Shown: positions 56,560 through 64,000 of the stretch, piece after piece
How the letters are laid out: every line of letters starts with the position of its first letter
How positions within the stretch are numbered: the first letter of the stretch is position 1
DNA from: Acutalibacteraceae bacterium
GTDB lineage: Bacteria > Bacillota > Clostridia > Oscillospirales > Acutalibacteraceae
Direction of reading: 5' to 3'
Assembly: GCA_045591285.1 (NCBI GenBank)
Contig: JAZNSP010000012.1
Location: 4,718 to 68,717, forward strand
Length of the DNA stretch: 64,000 nucleotides
Position numbers and translations under genes: made by a program
The notes under the pieces: generated by a model
The model's input: only the letters and a program-made list of their open reading frames with translations
What the model was told of the DNA's origin: nothing
The model's database searches: none

Positions 56560-57345
56560 ATGTTCCAGATCAATAATTTCACAAGTAATGATGATGTAAG
56601 AGTTGTTGACAGCTTAGGTCCCTTTACCGTTATTGAATATATAAGAGATGTAAGTGTCACACCTTCAACAGCGATGACTGCATATTTCTGCAATCAGATG
56701 AACGTGCGTAAAAGACAGGTTATCTGTGAGCTCGCAAAATCCTCAGGTATCGTCTGTCAGGCAGGTGCTATGCAGTGGACGGTCGGAAACGTCAATGCCA
56801 CAACGGGTATCAAGGGTGTAGGCGACCTCTTAGGTAAGGCTGTGAGAGGTAAGGCTACAGGTGAAAGTGCCATTAAGCCTGAATACAAGGGTGACGGTAT
56901 ATTGGTGCTTGAGCCTACTTATAAGCATATTATTCTTCTTGATGCTGCCCAGTGGAACAGCTCTCTCGTTCTTGATGACGGACTTTTCCTTGCCTGTGAT
57001 GCTTCTTTACAGCACAAGGCAGTTATGCGTTCTAATTTTTCATCTGCAGTTGCAGGCGGCGAAGGACTTTTCAATCTCAGCATAAACGGCAAGGGTATAT
57101 GTGCCATTGAGTCAAGATGCCCTAAAGAAGAGCTTATTGAAGTGGTTTTACAGGACGACGTTCTCAAGGTTGACGGCAATTTTGCTATTGCGTGGAGTAA
57201 TTCTCTTAACTTTACTGTTGAACGCTCAGGCAAAACCCTTATCGGTTCAGCCGCTTCGGGTGAAGGTCTTGTAAACGTATATAGAGGAACAGGTAAGGTG
57301 CTTCTTGCCCCCGTCGATAAAACTCCCTTACGCTCAGGCATCTGA
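56560..57345 (+). CDS. AIM24-family (DUF124) protein
   Basis: Beta-rich 261 aa with a characteristic GGEGLF motif and a second GEGLV. Confidence 0.65.
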   Translation: MFQINNFTSNDDVRVVDSLGPFTVIEYIRDVSVTPSTAMTAYFCNQMNVRKRQVICELAKSSGIVCQAGAMQWTVGNVNATTGIKGVGDLLGKAVRGKATGESAIKPEYKGDGILVLEPTYKHIILLDAAQWNSSLVLDDGLFLACDASLQHKAVMRSNFSSAVAGGEGLFNLSINGKGICAIESRCPKEELIEVVLQDDVLKVDGNFAIAWSNSLNFTVERSGKTLIGSAASGEGLVNVYRGTGKVLLAPVDKTPLRSGI

Positions 57346-57370
57346 TATAAAAATATAATACGCAAATAAA

Positions 57371-57404
57371 AAAAGCTCGGTTCACTGTGAACTGAGCTTT
57401 TTTC
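57371..57404. terminator. Bidirectional terminator
   Basis: AAAAGCTCgGTTCAC-t-GTGAACtGAGCTTTT. Confidence 0.7.
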
Positions 57405-57428
57405 TCGTCATTCTCGTCATTCTCGTCA
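57402..57428. repeat. Three perfect tandem copies of TTCTCGTCA
   Basis: Copies at 57402-57410, 57411-57419 and 57420-57428. An inverted partial copy TGATGAGAATGAC lies at 57437-57449. Confidence 0.6.
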
Positions 57429-57464
57429 GAAGATGTGATGAGAATGACCGGAATGAGCTGAAAT

Positions 57465-58166
57465 TTATTTTGTTTCCATATTATTTTCAAGATGTGCTGT
57501 GGCATTTATGTAGTCGAAAATTATATCGCCGTACTGATTTGTGCCTTCTTTATAAAAAAGAATTCTTGTAATTCCTGTATTGGAAAAATTAATGTCGAAG
57601 GCAGGCACTTCCTTCAGTCCCATAAGATAGAAAATAATGTGGGTAATAAATGCGGCGTGGGAAACAACGCAGATTTTTTCAGCGTTTTTATGATGGCTTC
57701 TTAGATATTCTATTGTTGCCTTTGCTCTTTCAAAGTGTGAGATATCGTCATTTTTTGACGAATAGCACATAAGAGGAGTATCTTCAGGAAGATCGGGTGC
57801 CAATAAGGCATAGGGATTTATTTCACGTATCTCCTCCCACGAAGCACCCTTATATTCCTCACTCATACCGTTTTCAGTCAGCAGAGGAAGAAGCCTTAAA
57901 GGCTTTTTATCTTTTTGCTTATTGATAACCTCTGTTGCGGTTCTCTCAGCTCTTAAAAGAGCACTTGAATAAAAGGCATCAAAGCTTATGTCTGAAAGAT
58001 ATTCACCGAGCCTTTGAGCCTGAGAAATTCCCAATGGGGTAAGAAGAGGATCTGCCATATCCTGAACGGTGGGAATTTCACGCACCCTTATACCTGCATT
58101 TCCGTTACTCTGAGCGTGGCGGATAAGATAAATTTCAAGTTCAAGCACATTTTTTTCAGTTTCCAT
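57465..58166 (-). CDS. Histidine phosphatase family protein (phosphoglycerate-mutase-like)
   Basis: N-terminal LIRHAQSNGN (RHG-type motif) and SHAAFI near the C-terminus. Confidence 0.8.
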   Translation of the reverse strand: METEKNVLELEIYLIRHAQSNGNAGIRVREIPTVQDMADPLLTPLGISQAQRLGEYLSDISFDAFYSSALLRAERTATEVINKQKDKKPLRLLPLLTENGMSEEYKGASWEEIREINPYALLAPDLPEDTPLMCYSSKNDDISHFERAKATIEYLRSHHKNAEKICVVSHAAFITHIIFYLMGLKEVPAFDINFSNTGITRILFYKEGTNQYGDIIFDYINATAHLENNMETK

Positions 58167-58183
58167 AATGTGAAATCCTTTAG

Positions 58184-60424
58184 TTATTTTCTTCCTATTT
58201 TATCAAAGGGAATGTCTTTGAATTCGGGAAGATTTTTATATACGGGTGAGCTGTCACTGAAGGTATAATCTCCGTTATCGGCATCGTTGAAAAGCGCTTT
58301 CATACGGAAAAGATTATAGCAATCATTATTTTCAAAAGTGCTGAATTTATAAACATTTTCATTGATGTCACCGAGAGCTCCCGAGCGGTCAACGACAACG
58401 TTGTTTTTCACTACGCTGTTTGCGGGATTGGGAACGAAATCAGGGTTATCGGCATCGGAGAAATTGTCGGAGAAATTCTTATACTGAGGGAAGGCATCGA
58501 GCCAAGCTTCCGTTTTATAGGGAGAACTTCTGAGTCCTGACCACATATCACCTGTATTTTCTGCAACGTGCTCATTGAACCAACCGCCGTTCAATGCACC
58601 GTCACGGGCTCTGTCGTCATATTTTATAGCCTGTTCACCTGCATTGACAATAAGATTGTTTTCAATGCAGTTATCTCTGCCGCCGCCTGCGTGAATTGCA
58701 TATTTGGGAATGTTGATAAGGACGTTTCCGTAAACCGTCTGTCCCGATAAAGCATCGTCAAGATAAATTCCGTCAGGCTTATGTCCGTCGGCGCCTATGG
58801 AGTGAATAAGGTTATATCTTATGACGTTGCCGTAGGATATCCAGCTTCTGCCGGCGTAAATTGCACCCGCATCGTCTGAAAGAAGGCAGACATTGTAAAT
58901 GAGGTTATATTCAAATACGTGCAGATTGCCGTCATAGGTCACGGCACCGTGAGGAGCGTTATACATTTCATTGTTTGAGCAGACATTTCCCACACCGCCG
59001 AAATCAACGGCATAGCGATAGGTCCTGTAAATTTCGCCCCAGTCGTGAATAATGTTATTTGTTACAAGATTATTGCCCTTGGTGAGTGTGGTCTTGTCAC
59101 CGCCCGTTACGGAAATTCCGCCGCCGCCCACATGAGCAATTTCATTATGGGAGAAGGTGTTGTTATTGCCGTTTGCAACAATAGCACCGTATGAAACATT
59201 GATAATTTTACAGTTTGTTACAGTGTTATTATTGCCGTAAATTTCAATTCCGTTGTGTCTGGAGCCTTTTACGGTCAGGCTGTCAAGAGTTACGTAATCT
59301 GCATTTACCGTAATTGCAGGGGAAAGTGAAAGAGAAAGATTATAGGTTGCCGTGTCCTTGTTTTCGGGAGCATAAACACAAAGAAGTCCCGTTTCTCTGT
59401 CAAGATACCATTCGCCTGCAGCAGTCAGCTCTTCAAGACAGTTATAGAAATAATACGGAGCATCCTCTTTTGTTCCGTAAAAGCTTCTGTATTTCGGAGA
59501 GAGTGTTTTTTCACTTTCACTGAATGAGCCTATAGGTGAAGAGCCGTCAGCCCAGTCATATTTCCAATAGCCGTACATCCATACGCTTTCCTTGTCCTGC
59601 CAGGAGGCAATTCTCTTTGCAAGGTCATCGGAAATGCGGTATTTATCTGTTGCAGGATCGCCGTTTGCATCGGGAGTGCTGATTTCAATGCCCGTCTGAA
59701 GAACCTCGCCTGTGTAAAGGTAGCCTTCATCGGGATAACGGGCAAGAGTCTGTCTTTTGTCATTTACGAAAAGCTCACTGTAAACGGGGCCTGTTGTGTC
59801 GCCCTGATAGTCACCTGCTGTGTTATAGGTTCCTATGGGATAAAGCCTTCCCCAGTCACTTGCAGTGAGGTTGTAGGGAGCTTTGGTCAGGTCAAGAACA
59901 AGCACGTTTTCGGCATCAATGCTAAGACGGTCTGCAATTTCGGGATAGCTGTCAGCCGTTGAAAAGTCCTTTGTGGAAAGAGCAATACCCGCATTTATAA
60001 CCGTTTCACCGTTGCCGTAGCCTATAAAAGCCACAGGACAGTTTTCGTCTGAATTGAGTCCGGACAGTGAAAGAGCATTAACTGAGTATTCACCTGTTTC
60101 AATGAGAACGGTTATTCCGTTTTTGTCGGTTTTATCGGTATTTCTTACTGCATCAACCGCTTTTTCAATTGTCAGGAAGGGAGAGCTCTTTGTGCCGGGG
60201 TTACTGTCGTCACCCTTAGTGCTGACGTAGAAGTCACCCGTAATTTCAGTTTTTTCCGTAGTCTGCCACTCACTTGTTACAGAGGGTGCGGCAACTGGAT
60301 AGCTTTCAAAGTATTTATCAAAGATATCTGCATCAAGAAAGGATGCATAGCCGAAGAAAAGTGTTGCAAAGGATGCGAGTATGCAAAGAAGAGGTCTGAA
60401 TAATTTTATAAAGATCTGAGGCAT
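58184..60424 (-). CDS. Right-handed beta-helix repeat protein (paralogue A)
   Basis: 746 aa with an N-terminal anchor. Collinear with 61608-63977 (TDKTDKNGI, ARYPD, WMYGYWKYDWAD, AGEWYLDRE, CSNNE..NAPHGA, LLSDDAGAIYAGRSW). Confidence 0.7.
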   Translation of the reverse strand: MPQIFIKLFRPLLCILASFATLFFGYASFLDADIFDKYFESYPVAAPSVTSEWQTTEKTEITGDFYVSTKGDDSNPGTKSSPFLTIEKAVDAVRNTDKTDKNGITVLIETGEYSVNALSLSGLNSDENCPVAFIGYGNGETVINAGIALSTKDFSTADSYPEIADRLSIDAENVLVLDLTKAPYNLTASDWGRLYPIGTYNTAGDYQGDTTGPVYSELFVNDKRQTLARYPDEGYLYTGEVLQTGIEISTPDANGDPATDKYRISDDLAKRIASWQDKESVWMYGYWKYDWADGSSPIGSFSESEKTLSPKYRSFYGTKEDAPYYFYNCLEELTAAGEWYLDRETGLLCVYAPENKDTATYNLSLSLSPAITVNADYVTLDSLTVKGSRHNGIEIYGNNNTVTNCKIINVSYGAIVANGNNNTFSHNEIAHVGGGGISVTGGDKTTLTKGNNLVTNNIIHDWGEIYRTYRYAVDFGGVGNVCSNNEMYNAPHGAVTYDGNLHVFEYNLIYNVCLLSDDAGAIYAGRSWISYGNVIRYNLIHSIGADGHKPDGIYLDDALSGQTVYGNVLINIPKYAIHAGGGRDNCIENNLIVNAGEQAIKYDDRARDGALNGGWFNEHVAENTGDMWSGLRSSPYKTEAWLDAFPQYKNFSDNFSDADNPDFVPNPANSVVKNNVVVDRSGALGDINENVYKFSTFENNDCYNLFRMKALFNDADNGDYTFSDSSPVYKNLPEFKDIPFDKIGRK

Positions 60425-60439
60425 TTCAGTTTCTCCGTT

Positions 60440-61594
60440 TTACCACTTGTTTTCTACGTATTCGCAGAATGCATACATATCCTTGATTTCAAGCTTTGTG
60501 CCGTCATCAAGAGTAACGTCACCGTTCCAGATACCGTGAACCTGGTGAGTGTGCATTCTTGCAAGATTACAGATATTTGTGTCTGAATGATGGTCGTAAT
60601 AGGGAGTCATTGTAAGATTAAATCTGCCGTCCTCTGAAATAAATTTCCAGTCATTCATGAATTTGTCGGGCTTGGGGAAGGTTTCAACGTCAACAGCACC
60701 GATTTTATGTGCCTTTCCGTCATAGAAGAGGCAGGTTTCCGTAGCATTTGATTCATCACCTATTGCCCAAGTGATTTCAAAGCCGAAGATGTGCTGCTTG
60801 CCGTCTTTATCCTTGAGATAGGTTGAGCCGTTACCCCAATACCATACCATTTCGTGAGGAGTATTTACTCTGCCCCAGTCAAGAGCACAGAAGGTATCGG
60901 TTTTCTTGAATTCATAAACAGTATTTCCGATCTTATAAGTTCCTTCACAGGGCATACAGTTCTGCTTTGTTGTCATAAAATATTTTTTCGGATTGTTTTC
61001 AAAGGGAAGAACTGTTGTTATGTTTTCAAGGTTTTCGGGTATATCCATTATGAAATTACATTCAATGAAGGAATTTTTATAGGGTTTTTTGAGATAAAGA
61101 AGTCTTTTGTTTTCCTTAGTATCAAAAATAACGTGAGTTGAGCCAACCTTTGCTTCAAAGTAGTTTGGCTCGTCACCCTTGGGGGGAAGCACGTATTTAC
61201 TTTCACCGCCGAGGAAGAAGGAGGTTGCATCTCCTAATTTTTTGCCGTTTTTAAGGTCAATGAGAACAGCGGAAACGTAACCGCCGATTGAAATGTTGGC
61301 AAAGGAAATCTGAACCATATAATTACGGTTGCCAAGCTGATAGAAATCCCATTCCTTTTTTCTCATTTTGGGTGCTGAAAGAGTTCTGTCGTAATCAAAT
61401 ACGTTATGTCTTGCCCAGCCCTTAGCAAGAAGGGTGCCGTCATAGTCGAGAAGTCTTGTTTTTTCCGTGTATTCCGTCTGCTTTGATTTTTCCTTCCACT
61501 GTGAAAAAGGTATATAGGTTCTTTCGCTCATAATATCAACTCCTGTATATTTATAACTTGATTTCAGTATATCAGTTTGTACGGTTTTTTTCAA
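60440..61594 (-). CDS. Beta-rich hypothetical protein (DUF2804-like, tentative)
   Basis: 384-aa ORF lying between the two beta-helix paralogues. Confidence 0.4.
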   Translation of the reverse strand: MKKTVQTDILKSSYKYTGVDIMSERTYIPFSQWKEKSKQTEYTEKTRLLDYDGTLLAKGWARHNVFDYDRTLSAPKMRKKEWDFYQLGNRNYMVQISFANISIGGYVSAVLIDLKNGKKLGDATSFFLGGESKYVLPPKGDEPNYFEAKVGSTHVIFDTKENKRLLYLKKPYKNSFIECNFIMDIPENLENITTVLPFENNPKKYFMTTKQNCMPCEGTYKIGNTVYEFKKTDTFCALDWGRVNTPHEMVWYWGNGSTYLKDKDGKQHIFGFEITWAIGDESNATETCLFYDGKAHKIGAVDVETFPKPDKFMNDWKFISEDGRFNLTMTPYYDHHSDTNICNLARMHTHQVHGIWNGDVTLDDGTKLEIKDMYAFCEYVENKW

Positions 61595-61607
61595 TGGCAG
61601 GGAAGAA

Positions 61608-63977
61608 TTATTTTCTGCCTATTTCCTCATAAGGAATTTCTTCAAAATCGGGTAAAGCCTCTTTTATAGCAGAAATATCCTTAAACTCGTAAATTCCGTT
61701 TTCTGCATTTGTGAAAATATCCTTCAATGCGCTTAATGAGTAAATGCCGTTTTCTGAAATATCACTGAAGCGGTCTGCTGCCTCACTTATATTTCCTATG
61801 GATTTATTTTTGTCAAAGATAAGATTTGAGGTTACCCTGCTGTTCGCGGGATTTACAACAAAATCAGGGCTGTCGGGAGCATTGAAATCATCAGAATACG
61901 TCTTATATTGCGGGAAGGCTTCCTGCCATAATTCACTCTGCCAGGGTGAATTATAAAGCGCTTGCCACATATCGCCGTCCTTCTTTGAGGAATGTGTGAA
62001 CCATCCGCCCTCAAGCGCTCCTTCACGTGCTCTTGCATCGTATGAAATGGGGTGCTCTCCGGCATTGATTATAATATTTCCCCATACCTCAAGATCTCTG
62101 CCGCCTCCAAGATGTATGCCGAGCTTAGGAATATTTATAAGTAAATTTCCGTAAACCTTCTGTCCTGAAAGAGCATCGTCAAGATAAATTCCGTCAGGAG
62201 AATGCTCTCCTGAGCCGATGTTATAAATGCAATTATAACGGATGGTGTTTCCGTACCATACCCAGCTTCTGCCTGCATAAATTGCACCTGCATCGTCGGA
62301 TAAAAGACATACGTCGTGAATGAGATTATATTCAATAATATGATTATTTCCCGAATAGGTTATGGCTTCGTGGGGAGAATTCATAATTTCATTGTGTGAG
62401 CAGATATTTCCCACACCGTTAAGGGTTACTGCAGGCTGATATGTAAGATAAATTTCTGACCAATCGTGAATAAAGTTATTATCCGCCTTGTTGTTTCCCG
62501 CAGTAAGTGTTTCGGTGTCACCGCCTGAGAGAATAATTCCGCCCTTACCCGTATGGGTGATGTCATTATTAAAGGCTAAATTATTTTCACCTGTCATAAT
62601 AAGTGCATTTCCTGCTACGTTCTTTATAAGACAGTGCTGAACGGTATTGTTGTTTCCCGTAAGGGTAATTCCGTCACCTCTTGTACCTTTAATCGTCAGA
62701 CCGTCGAAGGTGATAAATGAAGCATTTACATTGATTATAGGTTCAAGTGTAAGGGAAAGGTCAATTTCTGCTTCAGCTAAATTTTCGGGTACATAAAGAC
62801 ATAAAAGTCCGTTTTCTCTGTCAAGATACCATTCGCCTTCGGTTGTAAGCTCTTCAAGAACGTTATAAAAATAATACGGAGCATCAACCTTTGTTCCGTA
62901 CATAGAAACGAACTTAGGTGAAAGGGTTCTGTTTTCTCTGTCGAAGCTTCCTATAGGTGTAGATGCATCTGCCCAGTCATATTTCCAATAGCCGAACATC
63001 CAGACCTCGTCAATATTTTTCCACGATGCAATTCTCTCAGCAAGGTCTTTACCGATTTTATAAACGTCACTTTCGGGGTTTCTTATTTCGTGCCAGTTTT
63101 CAACCTTTGTAAGCGCACCGCCTGACTCATAACCAAGTCCTGTTGAAATGACCTCTTCTGTTTTAAGGAAGGTGTTATCGGGATATCTCGCTATAGTCTG
63201 TCTTTGGTCGTTTACAAATAATTCGCAGTATAAGGGACCTACGTAATCGCCGTCATAGTTTTTAGCCGTATTATATGAGCCTATCGTATATAGCTTACCC
63301 CAATCCTCTTCCGTAAGAGAATATGGCTCTTTTGTAAGGTCAAGGACATAGACATTATCCTTAACTTCCTCGTTAAGTCTTGATGCAATTTCGGGGTAAT
63401 CTGCCACGGAAGTGAAATCTGAGGGTGAAAGAGTAACACCGCCGTTAAGAACCACGTTGCCGTCAGCATAGTAAGTAACGGGACAGCTTTCAGTTCCCGA
63501 ATGCTCTTCGGTTAAAACGATGGAGCTTACACGGTATTCTCCCTCTTTTATGCAGACGTTAATTCCGTTCTTATCCGTTTTATCGGTGTTTTTTACCGCT
63601 TCCGCAGCCTTTTCTAAGCTTCTGAAGGGATTTTCCTCAGAGCCGTCATTATTGTCGTCGCCGTCGGGACTTACGTAAAAATCAAATTTCATATCACTGA
63701 TATCTCTTTCCTTTTCGGTGTAATTTTCCGCAAAAAGTATTCTCGGTGAGGCTACCTTATAGTCCTTATATACACCTTCAAAAATGTGGTCACCTGCAAA
63801 ATGAAGGGCAGAAAAGGTAAAAAGAAAAACAAACAGGAGCGAAAAAACTGATTTTACGGTTTTTGTGCTTTTCAGCTTTAATATTAAGGACAGTGTGACA
63901 ATGAGTGAGAAAATGAAAAGAACAGCCACAGTAATATCAATGGCAAGCACGTTCAGCATTTCCTTTCCGATTATCAC
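61608..63977 (-). CDS. Right-handed beta-helix repeat protein (paralogue B)
   Basis: 789 aa. The same motif order as 58184-60424, with a longer N-terminal TM region. Confidence 0.7.
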   Translation of the reverse strand: MIIGKEMLNVLAIDITVAVLFIFSLIVTLSLILKLKSTKTVKSVFSLLFVFLFTFSALHFAGDHIFEGVYKDYKVASPRILFAENYTEKERDISDMKFDFYVSPDGDDNNDGSEENPFRSLEKAAEAVKNTDKTDKNGINVCIKEGEYRVSSIVLTEEHSGTESCPVTYYADGNVVLNGGVTLSPSDFTSVADYPEIASRLNEEVKDNVYVLDLTKEPYSLTEEDWGKLYTIGSYNTAKNYDGDYVGPLYCELFVNDQRQTIARYPDNTFLKTEEVISTGLGYESGGALTKVENWHEIRNPESDVYKIGKDLAERIASWKNIDEVWMFGYWKYDWADASTPIGSFDRENRTLSPKFVSMYGTKVDAPYYFYNVLEELTTEGEWYLDRENGLLCLYVPENLAEAEIDLSLTLEPIINVNASFITFDGLTIKGTRGDGITLTGNNNTVQHCLIKNVAGNALIMTGENNLAFNNDITHTGKGGIILSGGDTETLTAGNNKADNNFIHDWSEIYLTYQPAVTLNGVGNICSHNEIMNSPHEAITYSGNNHIIEYNLIHDVCLLSDDAGAIYAGRSWVWYGNTIRYNCIYNIGSGEHSPDGIYLDDALSGQKVYGNLLINIPKLGIHLGGGRDLEVWGNIIINAGEHPISYDARAREGALEGGWFTHSSKKDGDMWQALYNSPWQSELWQEAFPQYKTYSDDFNAPDSPDFVVNPANSRVTSNLIFDKNKSIGNISEAADRFSDISENGIYSLSALKDIFTNAENGIYEFKDISAIKEALPDFEEIPYEEIGRK

Positions 63978-64000
63978 GTTGATATAAAATGAAAGTCCCC

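Overview
Low-GC Firmicutes/Clostridia-type chromosome. A dockerin-bearing protein, two GH16 genes, GH29 and beta-helix genes suggest a Ruminococcus-like fibre degrader; that assignment is inference only. The dominant feature is a ~16.1-kb, visibly higher-GC integrative mobilizable element (12454-28594), with all genes on the minus strand. It is inserted inside an XRE-family HTH gene. Both halves of that gene are still present (12038-12453 and 28569-28706) and rejoin in frame to a 175-aa ORF, the same length as an intact paralogue at 32434-32961. The element's large serine recombinase is itself split by a 1515-bp IS481-like insertion sequence (13431-14945, 5-bp target duplication CTTCC), so the element is probably locked in place. 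Other element genes are a MobA/MobL relaxase, a DUF3847-like accessory gene, a small resolvase/invertase, an excisionase-type HTH and a sigma-70 region-4-like protein. It also has a GC-rich multi-hairpin region (18811-18968) containing AAGTGCGCCCT, which I recall as the MOBQ nick core and read as the oriT. This orientation puts a 275-aa orphan gene and then a tightly coupled four-gene operon (19902-24276) in the leading region. The operon encodes an SPFH/Band-7 protein with zinc ribbons, a zinc-ribbon/Cys-motif protein, a 4-TM protein and a zinc-ribbon/TPR/coiled-coil protein. That operon is my best candidate for an undescribed system. A stand-alone trypsin-like protease and a 190-aa orphan moron are further cargo. 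The flanking chromosome carries regulators (AraC x2, XRE x several, MerR, CsoR, PadR), a DUF1538/P-II-like pair, decayed gene fragments from a segmental duplication, a Zn-phospholipase-C-like lipoprotein, a type II R-M pair, sugar-metabolism genes (rpe, ribokinase, HAD, MFS) and a glycan-degradation cluster. I recognised no rRNA, tRNA or CRISPR array. All product calls come from motif and family recognition by eye; no searches were run.
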